This document shows, in pieces, positions 1 to 12,980 of a DNA stretch of 64,000 nt; the first letter of the stretch is position 1, and the number at the start of each line of letters is the position of its first letter. Where the stretch lies: NCBI RefSeq assembly GCF_009914755.1, contig NC_060928.1; one strand, written 5' to 3'. A program made the translations under genes and the position numbers. Origin of the DNA: the human T2T-CHM13v2.0 reference genome, Homo sapiens. The notes beneath the pieces are model-generated. The model saw nothing but the letters and a program-made list of their open reading frames with translations. It was not told the origin of the DNA and made no database searches.

Positions 1-1699
1 AGTGAATGATGAGGCTTCAATTAGAACTCAGAGTTTCATATGTACTGTTCTTTTCTCAGGTCTCTGGGGCACAGTGTTATTATCTGGGAACTGATCCCAA
101 AGACCAAACTAAGTATCCCTAGCTGTGGTGCTTCTTCCTAACATATAAACACTTCTGGGGGAAGAGGATGGAGGAGGAACTGAAAAGAAACAAGTATCCT
201 CGTTTCCCTAATGTATCAAATTCATTGAAACATAATGAAGGTATTAGCTCTTATTCAATCTTTGTAAAATCATTTCCTCATTATTTTAATATATTTTAAC
301 ACAGTCGTTTAAAACCTAACTCAATTACACCTTAAGAAATAAAATATTAGATAAAAACTTTTAATTTCAACTTTTGTTGAGGTACTTTATCTGTTTTCTC
401 TTAGATAAATTGCTACATTGAAAAGTTTATGATTCATTTTTTCAGGTAGTATAAAATCAGAAAAAAATGTATATTTTATCAGTTTCTAGTGGATATCTGC
501 TGAAATTAAAATATTTATTTTAATACAAACCTAAAAATTTGACATATAACCTAATAACAGAAGGAGGTAAAATTCAGAGGAATTACCCTCTTCTAATTTT
601 CCCCAATCCCTTCTCTCACTGACAGTTCTCTTGTGGATATCTAGTAGTTAGTTTTCTTCTTCCTCTGTCCTCCCTGGATTACTGTAACTGACCTGTTTCC
701 ATTGTCATGCAGGTTGCATCTAGGTCTTTCTTAACCTGTACTTAAGACCATTAGGGTACTCTAGAATCTGCTATTGTATATGTAAAATTTCCATCTAGAT
801 GTATCCCATGACTCCAGAAGTCTACTTTGACAACTCGGTTCAGTGTTTTATTTTATGCTGCCTTACTTCTCCAACAGTGCCAGTGACAAACATTCTCTTG
901 AGTCTCTGGACCTCCTTCTTTTTTTTTTTTTAAATATATATCATTTACAGAAAGGCAATACATTTCTATGTATAAAACGTTTCTCACATTTCCCACTCCC
1001 TTAGAGGTCCACTAAACAGCTTCATCTCTCAGTAACGTTCCCCAAAGTGCCACCAACATAATTACCCCATGTTCATCATTCATACCACATCATCTCCATT
1101 CTGAAACTCTTTTCAATGGCTTTCAGGCTTATATCTCCCCAAAATGGGCTGTATAAGCCACTTCATTCAGTCCTCATTCTAATATAACATTAAGTCTTCC
1201 CTGAAACAATTTAGGGTGTGACTTTTTCTCCGATCATGGCCCAATTTGTTGGTCTCTAAGGGCTTGGCAGAACTCCTTCTGAGCATTCCCTAGATTTCAA
1301 CTTACACATGTCATAGTCTCTTCCATTCCATTCTACACATTGTAATTCTTGCCCTTTCATCTCGAACTCCTACTTCCATCAAGAAGTCTTTCCTTATTAA
1401 CATGACATGCCCCAAATCTCTCTGTTTACCAATTGTTTATTACTGCAGTTTTCATACTTTGGCTTTTTAAATTTCCATTTGGTAAATTCTTCTTGTTATT
1501 CTCACATCTGTCTTGCCTTTGTCTCAAAGGACAAAGTCTTTAAAGTTTTTATACCTATTTAATCTTAAATATATAATGACAATTCTATGCTATGCCCTTA
1601 ATTATCTTTTGTTTATTCAAAAAACTGTTGAAAAGCACGTCTTGAAAAATTCATGTACCTTTTTCTCCTAGGAAAACCTCAGTGTTGATATTGGAGGTC

Positions 1700-1935
1700 A
1701 GTGTTTCAGAAGGTAGGTGCTAGAGTCAGATGTCCTCGCACTGCATCCCTAGCCCAACCTTAATTATTAGTTTTGCATACTCAAGCAACTTCACTTTCCT
1801 GTTACCCAGTATCCTCATCAGTTACAAAGGAATAATCATAACACCTGTTCCTTAACATGGATGTGAGATTTTAATAAGAAAATACACTTAAGGAATTAAA
1901 TGGAGGCTTGCACATAGTAACTGCTCAATAAAATA
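1700..1935 (+). mobile_element. MIR SINE relic
   Basis: Decayed MIR core (cagtatcctcatcagttacaaaggaataat) and 3' end (gcacatagtaactgctcaataaa). Confidence 0.7.
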
Positions 1936-2814
1936 CAACTATTACCAATTTATTCAAAAGTGGATTTCATTTATGTATATTTCAACATGCTGACCTTTGG
2001 AAGAAGGGGTACAGACAGCAGAGTGGAAAATAATCTACTACTATCTTCAAAATAATTTGTACTATAAAATATTTGGTGTGGTTAGGTATTAGTTCAAGTT
2101 CTTACTTTAATTATAGTGAATACTACTGATAAATTTCATATTTTTAATCATTTAGATTAAATTTAGTATGCATTGGTCTAAAGAAAATTTATGCACACAG
2201 ATATAGGAATTTCCCTGTGTGTTCTCAGTAATGAATATATGTAAACTTAAATGTTCTTCCTTGATTTGGTCCTCTTTACCAATCCAAATAGAAAGTCATA
2301 TAATACAGCATTCTCATTCTACTAGAACATTATCCATAAAAATTGATTCAGAGAAGTTTCTATATCTCTCTCCCAGCAACTATATTTACATCTAAATTTT
2401 CCCAAGACCTATATTAAGTGGAATGATCCCACCCAGTAATAAAACTTCCTGGTACCATGCTTGCAGATAGCCTATTATCAATTTAATTTAATAATGTTTT
2501 GCTATGCATATAAAATAAAAACCGACATGTCCTAATTCCAATTTTTGAATATATTTATAGCAAATATATATACATTTACATGGGTAAGTAAAATAAGCCT
2601 TGCAAATATCTTAAAAAATAAGGAGTTATTTTCCTAGTTAAGGAGCTGAAGGTCAAATACAAGCAGTTTCCTTAAGAAGATCAAGAAAGGCTTCCAGTCA
2701 AGACCACAGGGTAAGTTGTGAATCATATCCCGCTCACTGGACACATAGAAATAATAGAAAATATAAAAACTAAGACCCTCTCCTAGAAGGTTAAAGAAGG
2801 AATCAAAAGCAAGA

Positions 2815-3167
2815 CAATCATCCATAATTTTGGTTGCCATAAAAAAATACGTTAGACTGCGTACATTACAAATATAATTTTTTTGATCACACAGTCTGGA
2901 GGCTGAAAAATCCAAGACAAAGGTGCCAGCAGATTCAGTGTCTGGTGAGGACTCATTCCCCGTAGATGATGGCTTCTATGTGTCTTCACATGGTGAAAGG
3001 AGCAAACAGTCTTTCTCAAGCCCCTTTTACAGAACTAATCTCATTCATGAGGGCAGAGCCCTTATAACAATAACTTCCCAAAAGGTCACATTCCTTAATA
3101 CCATCATATTGAGCATTAAGTTTCAATGTATGAATTTGAAGAGAACACCAACATTCAGACTATTGCA
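2815..3167 (-). mobile_element. MaLR solo LTR, MLT1A/MLT1A0-like
   Basis: Reverse complement of MLT1A motifs: aaggtgccagcagattcagtgtctggtgagg, cattcatgagggcagagccct, aacattcagactattgca. Confidence 0.85.
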
Positions 3168-3762
3168 GAAATTGATTAAAATCATAGCCAAAGCACAAAG
3201 CTGTGGGTCAGGCTGAGGCCTGGGCTAGCAGCAGCCAGTAGCAGCTGGAAGGGAACAGGGTCTAAAATGTACTTAAAATTAGGTTTTGGTGTAGCTTTGC
3301 TATAAGTGAATAAAAGCCCCAGTAAGCCACTTAGGAATCAAGACTGATTGGAAGATATGAGACTAGAAGATGTAGGAGGACCTTGAGAATACAGATGTTG
3401 TCAGGACAGGACAAGAACCAAGACCATTCACCTTTGACCTTGGCGATTTGACATATATATCCCTGGTATCACTAATGACTAGGGATGCTAACCTAATGAT
3501 AAAAAGCAGGATGCTATACCATATGGAGGCAGCCACCTAACTCTACAAAGGGAGGAAAAGACAGGGAGAAAAAGAAAAAGAGTACACTGCAAATTTTCCT
3601 TCGTTTTTCAACTCCAAAACACACAAAGAAATCCTTTGATTGGGAAGACAGTTGACAAACAATATAAATTCATTTTACAAAAAATTAAAATAGTATCACA
3701 TAAAAAGATGATTTAAGTACATTTAAGCTTTCCAAATACATACAAGAAAATAAACCACAAGA

Positions 3763-4275
3763 TGACCATCAATGATAGACTGGATTAAGAAAATGTGGCA
3801 CATATACACCGTGGAATACTATGCAGCCATAAAAAAGGATGAGTGGGGTTTTTTTTTTAAATTTTTTTTTATTATACTTTAAGTTTTAGGGTACATGTAA
3901 AGGATGAGTTTATGTCCTTCTTAGCGACATGGATGAAGCTGGAAGCCATCATTCTGAGCAAACTATCACAAGGACAGAAAACCAAACATCACATGTTCCC
4001 ACTCATAGGTGGGAATTGAACAATGAGAACACTTGGAGACAGGGCGGGGAACATCACACAATGGGGCCTGTCGTGAGGTGGGGGGATGGGGGAGAGATAG
4101 CATTAGGAGAAATACCTAATGTAAATGATGACTTAATGGGTGCAGCAAAGCAACATGGCACATGTATACATATGTAACAAACATGCACGTTGTGCACATG
4201 TACCCTAAAACTTAAAGTATAATAAAAAATAAATAAAAATAAAAAATAAAATAAAATGCAATTTTTAAAAAAAAA
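3763..4275 (+). mobile_element. 5'-truncated L1PA (about L1PA5-6) 3' end with A-rich tail
   Basis: ORF2 end and 3'UTR ending gtaccctaaaacttaaagtataataa plus A tail; degenerate TSD aaaccacaaga / aaaccacagga. Confidence 0.92.
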
Positions 4276-4279
4276 AAAG

Positions 4280-5130
4280 AAACCACAGGAAAATTTGTGA
4301 AAGAAAAAATCAGAAAAAGAAGAAAAGAAATGAGGAAAAAATAAAAAGTCACATATAAAATTCAAAATAACAGAAATAAAAGATTATAATTGAAATGACT
4401 CAATAGTATAGATAAATATTAGACTGGACACAGTAAAAGAATTAGATGGTACTTCAGTGAAAGCACAGAACTTAGTTCAGAGAGATAGAAAAGGTGAAAA
4501 TACATAAACATACATTTAATAGAAAAGTTAAGTGACATGGAGAGCTGCAATAGGTGCCTATTATATGTTTTTGAAAGTATAATGGAGTGAATTGTATGAA
4601 ACAAAATTATAATTTACAGTCTCTGAAAATTTTCCAAGTGAAGGAAATAGATAAAATAATGAATTATATGACTGCAAATGTACTCGAACTATAAGCAAGA
4701 TAAATAAAAATAAGTACATTAAAACATATTATAGTAAAAATGTAGAAACAAAAAGGTAAAAAGAAAAATCCTAAAAGCCATCACATAGAAAAAAAAATAC
4801 TGTTAGGAGGAAAACAAATTGCACCAGTATCAATAGATGCCAGAAGACAACACAATAATATGTTTAAGGATGTAAGAAAATAGAGTTCTTCAATTAAAAA
4901 CTGTTATCCTGGTTGTCTGTCTTTGGAGATTAAAGGTACATCCATATATTTTCTGAAATAGGATAAAGGAAAGTATCTACCACACGCTTTTTCTTAAAAG
5001 AACAAAACAGCAAAATGAAAAGTAAATCTTGAAGGAAGGAACAAATAAGAGACATTTTGCATTGTTTAACTTGTTAGAAAAGTTTATAATCTTGTGTGTG
5101 CCCATTAAATACAATCAATAACTTCCAAAC
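4280..5130 (+). mobile_element. Ancient L1M ORF1-region relic
   Basis: Very A-rich with L1 ORF1-like remnants such as aagaaaaatcctaaaagc; highly decayed. Confidence 0.55.
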
Positions 5131-5178
5131 ACAGAAAAAATAACTGAGTATAACACTGTCAAGCAAACATAAGTCAGG

Positions 5179-5624
5179 TATTATCAGATAAATTTTGATT
5201 CCCAAAATTCATATGCGGAAGACCTAAGCCACAGTACCTCAGAATGTGACTGTATTTGCAGATAAAGCCTTTGAAGAGCCGATTAAGTTAAAATAAGGTC
5301 GTGTGGGTGGGGCCCTAATTAAGTTAAAATGAGATCATGGGAGCGGGGTCCTAATGCAGTGTGACTGGTGCCCTTATAAAAAGAGAAAACTTGGACAAGC
5401 AAGAGAGATATCAGAAATGCACACACACAGAGGAAAGATCATGTGAGGACACAGGGAGAAGGTGGCCATCTGCAAACCACAGAGATATGCCTCAGAGGAA
5501 ATCAAACCAGCTAACATCTTACTTTTGGGCTTCTACCCTCCATAACTGTGAGAAAATAAATTTGGGTTGTTTAAGCTACACAGCCTGTGTTATTTTGTTA
5601 TGGTAACACTAGCAAACTAATACA
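5179..5624 (+). mobile_element. MaLR solo LTR, MLT1B-like
   Basis: cccaaaattcatatg, cctcagaatgtgactgtatttg, gtgactggtgcccttataaaaagag, and terminus gcaaactaataca. Confidence 0.9.
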
Positions 5625-5769
5625 GCAGGAAAGGAGGGGAGAGAAGCAGCAAATGATTGATAAACAGATACAAGTTGATATATTAAATGATATAATGAAG
5701 TCAATATAATAAATTCATAATGATGTTGATATAATGAAGTTTATGTAAATTGATGCAATGAAGTCCAAA

Positions 5770-6300
5770 TATATAAGCAATTCAAGTAAATTAATCTGGC
5801 ATACCGTAAGAGATTAGCAGATGGATTTTTTTAAATCCACTGCATGATGTTTACAAAACACACACACTTGAATACATGTACATACACACACAATTGCAAC
5901 TAAAACAAAACTGCAGAGAAAATTTGCAAATATAGTGATGAAAAATATATTATGCAGATATTAGATGAGTTTGATACAGCAATGTTAATATCAGACAAAA
6001 TAAGCTTAAAATGAAAAAATTATTACTATGAATAGTGGCATTCCATTATTTTAAAAAGAAAAATAAATCACAATGTTATCATCCAAAATAGATTTCTACT
6101 TAAAGAAAAATTGTCAGAATTGCAAGGAGAAATTGACAAGTTCATAGTTACAGTGAGAGTTTTTATTATACCCACAAATTGACAAAATAAGACATAAATG
6201 ATTTAAACAACAAAAATAACAAAAGCACCTTGAAGCCAATAAGTGGAAAAGGTATATTTATTTCAGCAATTTGAAACATTTTCAAAAGTGGGTAACATGA
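5770..6300 (+). mobile_element. Ancient L1M ORF2 endonuclease-region relic
   Basis: gcaatgttaatatcagacaaaata and agaattgcaaggagaaattgacaa resemble the L1 EN coding region. Confidence 0.6.
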
Positions 6301-6385
6301 CTTTTTTAAAAATAGATTTTAGTTTTTCAGAGCAATTCTAGGTTCAAAGCAAAATTGGATGAAAAGTACAGAGGTGTCCCATGTA

Positions 6386-6615
6386 CAGTAGTGGATGCCT
6401 GAAAGCCTGGATATACCTAACCCTACAGGTAATATGTTTTATCTGTATGTACATACCTATGATAAAGTTTAACTTATGAATTAGGCACAGTAAGAGGTTA
6501 ACAATAACTAGTAATAAAAGAACAATTATAACAATATAGTGTAATAAAAATTATATGAATGTGTGCTCTCTCTCTCCCTCAATGTATAATATTTTTGGAC
6601 CGCATTTGATTACAA
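6386..6615 (-). mobile_element. MER44A-like (TcMar-Tigger) MITE, partial
   Basis: Starts TA+cagtagt; acatacctatgataaagtttaa...ttaggcacagtaagag matches MER44. Most of this terminal inverted repeat (TIR) is deleted and the other end is missing. Confidence 0.8.
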
Positions 6616-6619
6616 GTTT

Positions 6620-7629
6620 CTTTTTCTTGTTTTATTGACTAGGATTATTAACTAGGACTTCTAATATGATGTTGAAAAGCAGTGGTGAGACGTTCTTGCC
6701 TTGTTTCTGATCTTAGTGAAAAATCTTCAAGTTTCTCACTATTAAATATGATGTTAGTTGTAGGTATTTTGTAGATATTTTGTATTAAGTTGAGAAAGAT
6801 CCCCCCCGTTCTTTGTTTACTGAGAGTTTTTATCATTAATAGGTGCTGGATTTTGCCAAATGATTTTGCTGCATCTACTAATATGGTCAAGTGATTTTCT
6901 TCTTTATCCTATTGATGTGGTAGATTATATTAATTGATTTTTGAATATTAAATCAGCCTTGCATACTTGGGATAAATCCCACTTAGTTGTGATATATAAT
7001 TCTTTTTATACATTGTTGGATTCAATTTGCTAATATTTTATTAAGGATTTTTGCATTATGTTCATGAGAGAAATTGGTCTGTAGTTTTCTAATAATATTT
7101 TTGCCTACTTTGTGTATTAGTATAATGCTGGCCTATAGATTAAGTTAGGAAATATTTCCTCTACTTCTATCTCTTGAAAGAAATTATATAGAATTAGTAC
7201 AATTCCTCCTAAAATCGTTAGTAGAATTCACCAGTGAGCCCATCTGGCCTGGTGCTTTCTGTTTTGGAAAATTATTCAGTATTAATTATTAATTAAGTTC
7301 AATTTATTTAACAGATATAGGCCCACTCGGATTGTCTATTTCTCCTAGGGTGAGTTTTGGCAGGTTGTGTGTTTCAACAAATTAGTCTATATTATTTATG
7401 TTATAAAATTTGTAGGCATAGAGTTATCCATAATATTACTGTATTATTTTGTTAATCACTATAGAACCTGTAATGATACCCTATCTTTCATTTCAGCTAT
7501 GAATGATTTGTATTCTTTTTTCTCGGTTAGGCTGGCTAGAGGCCTATCAATTTTATTGATCTTTTAAAAAAACAACTTTTGGTTTCATTGATTTTTCTCT
7601 ATTGATTTCCTATTTTCAATTTCATTTAT
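6620..7629 (-). mobile_element. Old L1M ORF2 (RT region) fragment
   Basis: ORF 6648-6890 (DAAKSFGKIQHLLMIKTL...LRSETRQ) is a decayed L1 reverse transcriptase segment. Confidence 0.85.
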
Positions 7630-8412
7630 TTCTTTGCTATTGTGAATACTGCTGCAATAAACATATGAGTGGGTGTGTCTTTATAGTAGAATGATTTATA
7701 ATTTTGGGGGTATATATCCAGTAATGGGATTGCCTGGTCAAATGGTATTCCTGGTTGTAGATCCTTGAGGAATCGCCACACAGTCTTCCATAATGGTTGA
7801 ACTAGTTTACACTCCCACCAACAGTCTAAAAGCATTCTTATTTCTCCACATCCTCTCCAGCATCTGTTGTTTCCTGACTTTTTAATGATCACCATTCCAA
7901 CTGGTGTGAGATGGTATCTCATTGTGGTTTTGATTTGCATTTCTCTAATGACCAGAGATGATGAGTTTTTTTTCATATGTTTGTTGGCTGCATATATGTC
8001 TTCTTTTGAGAAGTGTCTCTTCATATCCTTTACCTACTTTTGGATGGGGTTTTTGTTTTTTTTCTTGTAAATTTGTTTAAGTTCTTTGTAGATTCTAGAT
8101 ATTAGCCCTTTGTCAGATGGATAGATTGCAAACATTTTCTCCTATTCTGTAGATTGCCTGTTCACTCTGATTATAGGATAGTTTCTTTCGCTGTGCAGAA
8201 GCCGTTTTTAGTTTAATTAGATCCCATTTGTCAATTTTGGCTTTTGTTGCCATTGCTTTTGGTGTTTTAGTCATAGTCATTGCCAATGCCTATGTCCTGA
8301 ATTGTATTGCCTAGGAGTTCTTCTAGGGTTTTTATGGTTTTAGGTCTTACGTTTAAGTCTGTAATGCATCTTGAGTTAATTTTTGTATAAGGCGTAAGGA
8401 AGGGGTCCAGTT
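7630..8412 (-). mobile_element. L1PA (about PA7-8) ORF2 3' segment, lacking 3'UTR and tail
   Basis: ORF 7626-8024 ([17 protein letters not shown]...CWRGCGE...[13 protein letters not shown]) is the L1 ORF2p C-terminal Cys-rich region. Confidence 0.92.
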
Positions 8413-9043
8413 CTCTGTATTTCCTGAATTTGAATGTTGGCCTGCCTTGCTAGGTTGGGGAAGTTCTCCTGGATAATATCTTGAAGTGTGTTTTCCAACT
8501 TGATTCCATTCTCCCCATCTCTTTCAGGTACTCCAATCCGTCATAGTTTCGTTCTTTTTACATAGTCCCATGTTTCTCAGAGGTTTTTTGTCCATTCCTT
8601 TTCATTCTTTTCTCTCTAATTTTGTCCAATTGTCTTATTTCAGCAAGATAGTCTTCCATTTTTTATATTCTTTCTTCCCCTTGATCGATTTGGCTATTCA
8701 TACTTGTGTATGCTTCACAAAGTTCTTGTGCTGTGTTTTCAGCTCCATCAGGTCATTTATGTTCCTCTCTAAATGGGTTATTCTAGTTAGCCACTCCTCT
8801 AAACTTTATCAAGTTTCTTAGCCTCTTTGCATTGTGTTAGAACATACTCCTTTACCTCAATGAGGTTTGTTATTATCCACCTTCTGAAGCCTACTTCTGT
8901 CGATTCATCCATCTCATCCTCCATCCAGTTTTGTGCCCTTGCTGAAAAGTTGTTGCTATCATTTGGAGGAGAAAAGGCACTCTGGCCTTTTGGGTTTTCA
9001 GCATTTTTCCATTGATTCTTTCTCACCTTCATGAGTTCATCTA
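8410..9043 (-). mobile_element. L1PA ORF1 N-terminal segment
   Basis: ctgtatttcctgaatttgaatgttggcctgccttgctagg; peptide AQNWMEDEMDESTEVGFRRWIITN resembles the ORF1p N-terminus. Confidence 0.88.
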
Positions 9044-9045
9044 TG

Positions 9046-9701
9046 AAATCATGTGCAAAATCACAAGAATTCCTATACACCAATAGACAAGCAGAAAGCC
9101 AAATTGTGAATGATCTCCAATTCACAGTTGCTACAAAGAGAATAAAATAAATAGGAATACAGCTAACAAGGGGCATGAAGGACCTCTTCAAGGAGAACTA
9201 CAAACCACTGCTCAAGGAAATAAGAGAGGACACAAACAAATGGAAAAACACTCCATGCTCATGGATAGGAAGAATCAATATTGTGTGAATGGCCATACTG
9301 CTCAAAGTGATTTATAGATTCAATGCTATCCCCATCAAGCTTCCATTGACTTTCTTCACAAAATTAGAAAAAACTACTTTAAATTTCACATGGAACCAAA
9401 AAAGAGCCCATATAGCCAAGACAATCCTAAGAAAAAAGAACAAAGCTGGAGGCATCATGCTACCTGACTTCAAACTGTACTACAAGGCTACAGTAAACAA
9501 AAGAGCATGGTACTAGTACCAAAACAGATATATAGACCAATGGAACAGAACAGAGGCCTCAGAAATAATGCCACCCATCTACAACCATCTGATCTTTGAC
9601 AAACTGGACAAAAACAGGAAATGGGGAAAGGATTCCCTACGTAATAAGTGATGTTGGGAAAACTGGCTAGCCATATGCAGAAAATTGAAACTGGACCCCT
9701 T
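9046..9701 (+). mobile_element. L1PA ORF2 middle segment, inverted relative to its neighbours
   Basis: ORF 9289-9516 ([19 protein letters not shown]...[16 protein letters not shown]) is L1 ORF2p. Confidence 0.92.
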
Positions 9702-10359
9702 TTTATAAAACTAATATAACATTGATCCTCAAATCACATTCATTACTGACTTTTTAAAGTTCTGAGTCAAAACTACAGGAACAGTTTTCTAACCAGACAA
9801 AACAAACTTATCTAAAAACTGTAGTAAAATTCATTTCAGAAATGATGGTGTGAGAGTATGACACATAATTTCCCAAGAACAAAAAATTTACCGGCTAAAA
9901 ATTATTTTAAAACAAATATTTAAAGTTTCTGTAAATTTGCCAAGGAGAAATCTTCTTCAAATAGCAAATGAAGAAACATATATTCAAAAAGATTTAATAA
10001 ATCTTAATATGATCAGTGAGAATCTGTGGCATTTGAGCCATGACCCACTCATAACTCCTTCCTCCAGCTCAGTGTGTTAACAGTTTTACTCTTGGCATGT
10101 GCAGCCAAGAAGGTAGGGGTCTCTCTCCACCTTGCTTCCCACACAGAGATATGGTTTCATGCTGGGAGGGACAGACCACTAGCATTTTTCATCCCTATCT
10201 TCTGTTCCATATTTCAGAAGCAATATTCCAGACAGACATGGCTGAAAGAATCTATCTCCCTTCCTCCTCTCAACCCCCACTAACAGAGAAGCTCTACCAG
10301 AAGGAGCGTAGGCTGAGAATACAAGGCCTTAAATGCTTCCATCAAAACTCACTTGTAAA

Positions 10360-11364
10360 TGAGAGAAAATATTCACAAATATCCACAAGCTATGCATAGA
10401 CAAAGGTCCAATTTATCCAGCATCTATAAGGAAATTAAACAATTCAACAAGCGAAAAACAACCCCATTAAAACGTGAGCAAAGGACATGAACAGACACTT
10501 CTCAAAAGAAGATATAAATTCAGCCAATAAGCATATGAAAAAAAATGCTCTGCATCACTAATCAATAGTGAAATGCAAATCAAAACCATAGTGAGACACC
10601 ATCTCACACCAGTCACAATGGCTATTATTAAAGAGTGAAAAAATAACAGATACTGACAAGGCTATGGAGAAAAAGGAACACTTACATGTGGATGGTGGGA
10701 ACGTAAATTAGTTTAGCCATTGTGGAAAGTAGTTTGAAGATTTTTCGAAGAACGTAAAACAGAACTACCATTTGACCCAGGAATCCTATTGCTGGGTATA
10801 TACCCAAGGGAAAATAAATTGTTCTGCCATAAATACACAGGCACTCACATGTTAATTGCAGCACTATTCACAATAGCAAAGGTATGGAAACAACAAATGT
10901 GCCCATCAGTGATGGATTAGATTTTGTTAAAAAAGTGCTACATATACACCATGCAACACTGTGCAGCCATAAAAAAGAACTAGATTATGTCCTTTGCGGG
11001 GTCATGGATGGAGCTGGAGGCAACTATTCTAAGCAAATTAATGCAGAAACAGAAAACCAGTACTGTATGTTCTTAGGTATAAGTGGGAGCTAAACATTGG
11101 GTACTCAGGGACATAAAGATGGGAACAAACACTGGAGCTAGAGAGGGGCGAGAGAGAGAGGCAAAGGCTGAAAAACTACCTATTGGGTACTATGTTGACT
11201 ACCTGGGTGACGGGATCATTTGTACCTCAAACCTCAGTGACACACAATATACTCATGTAACAAACCTGCGTATGTACTACCCAACCTAAAATAAAAGTTG
11301 AAAATTTTGAAAAGTCAATGAATGCTACAAAAGTATTTTTATAAAAATAAAATTAAAATAAAAT
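10360..11364 (+). mobile_element. 5'-truncated L1PA15/16-like element
   Basis: 3'UTR actacctattgggtactatg...cctaaaataaaagttgaaa; 15-bp TSD aaactcac(t/g)tgtaaa at 10345-10359 and 11365-11379. Confidence 0.9.
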
Positions 11365-11418
11365 AAACTCACGTGTAAAGATTCCATACTAGTAGGAGCA
11401 ATTTAAGAAGACCAGGGT

Positions 11419-11731
11419 AGACAGGGCATGGTGGCTAACATCTGTAATCCCAGCACTTGGGGAGGCTGAGGAGGGTGGATCACCTGGGGTCAAGAGTTCA
11501 AGAACAGCCTGGCCAATATGGTGAAACCCCGTCTCTACTAAAAATACAAAAATTAGCTAGGCGTGGTAGCTCTCGCCTGTAGTCCCAGCTACTTGGGGGA
11601 GGTTGAGGCAGGAGAATCTCTTGAACCCAGGAGGCGGAGGTTATGGTGAGTGGAGATAGTGCCACTGCACTCCAGCCTGGGCAACAGAACAACACTCCAT
11701 CTCAAAAAATAATAATAATAATAATAAAAGA
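11419..11731 (+). mobile_element. AluS with (AAT)n tail
   Basis: Full dimer; TSD aagaccagggt on both sides. Confidence 0.95.
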
Positions 11732-11988
11732 AAGACCAGGGTCTACTGTTCCCACCCAAAGCTCTGTTCATAGAGCAGGGGTTTTACTCTGAGAGAAGTG
11801 GGTCTCTTCTTGGCCAGAGTTCCAGAGTCTGTGCCTAAGGGGAACAACAGATTATAAGAACAAACAATGCCACAACTGTGCTTAAGAGAACTGACTATAC
11901 TTGGAACAGAGTATGAGGAAGTCCGTGCCAAAAGGTATTGTGGAAAACAATGAAGATATTGATGCTGAGCAGTTAAGAGGTGGCTGAT

Positions 11989-12205
11989 ACCAGCTGATCA
12001 TTTCTAATTCAAAAACCTGAAATCCAAAATGCTCCAAAATCTGAAACTTTGTGAGCACCAACATAATGCCACCTATAGAAAAATTCACACCTAACCTCAC
12101 GTGATAGGCCAGTCACGACTTTGTTTTATATGCAAAATTATTTAAAATGTTATATAAAACTAAATTCAGGCAAGTGTGTAAGGTTTATATGAAATGTAAA
12201 TGAGT
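11989..12205 (+). mobile_element. Tigger4/MER46-type DNA transposon fragment
   Basis: gaaatccaaaatgctccaaaatctgaaacttt is the Tigger4 subterminal repeat. Confidence 0.8.
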
Positions 12206-12209
12206 GTTG

Positions 12210-12980
12210 GTAAAGGTAATTATAAAATAATTGTAAAAGTATATTGCATATTTCTTTTCTTTATGAATCAATTCATTTAAAAATAAATTTTATAAGACAA
12301 TATGTATACAACTATTATTGGACTTATAAAAAATGTAATGCACTTGGCAACCACAGCAAAAGAGACATGGATAAAAACAAAGCCGTGTCACAGCACAAAA
12401 ATGACACCAGATGGCAACTAGAATTCACAAGGAGAAATTAAGGGAACTAGAAATTGCAAATAAAATGCAAAATAATGTAACAAATTCCATAAATATATAA
12501 TTGTCTTCCTTTCTTCTCTCAAAATATATAAAATTCTAGTAAAAATTATAACTAAATTTTTGGATAGGTTACACATATAGACTTAAAATGTACAAAAATA
12601 GTAGCAGAAATGAGGGAAGGAAATAAAATTTGATAAGAGTAAATTGCATTTTCCTATGATTAAGTTAGTGTAAATCAGAAGTAGATTCCGATAAGATGTT
12701 TTTGTACTCTTGGAATGACCATTAAATTTTTTTAAAAATGTATTTTAAAATCATTAAAGAAATTAAATGGTACACTAGAAAATATTCAGTTAATACAAAA
12801 GATGGCAGTAAAGCAGGAACAAAGAAAAAATATGAGATGTAGAGGAAACAAAAAACAAAAATTCAATCATACCAATAATAACATTAAAGTGAATGTATTA
12901 ACAATCCAATCAAAAGGTAGAAATTGTCAGACTGGAGGGAAAATCCAGATCCAAATATATGCTGTCTAAAGGAGACACAT
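12210..12980 (+). mobile_element. Old L1M inter-ORF region and ORF2 start
   Basis: caatccaatcaaaagg...gatccaaatatatgctgtctaaaggagacac encodes the EN motif DPNICCLKETH. Confidence 0.7.

Noticed and set aside
8799-9191. 130-aa chimeric ORF
   Set aside because: It crosses the L1 inversion junction (antisense ORF2 joined to an ORF1 fragment) and is a by-product of the rearrangement.
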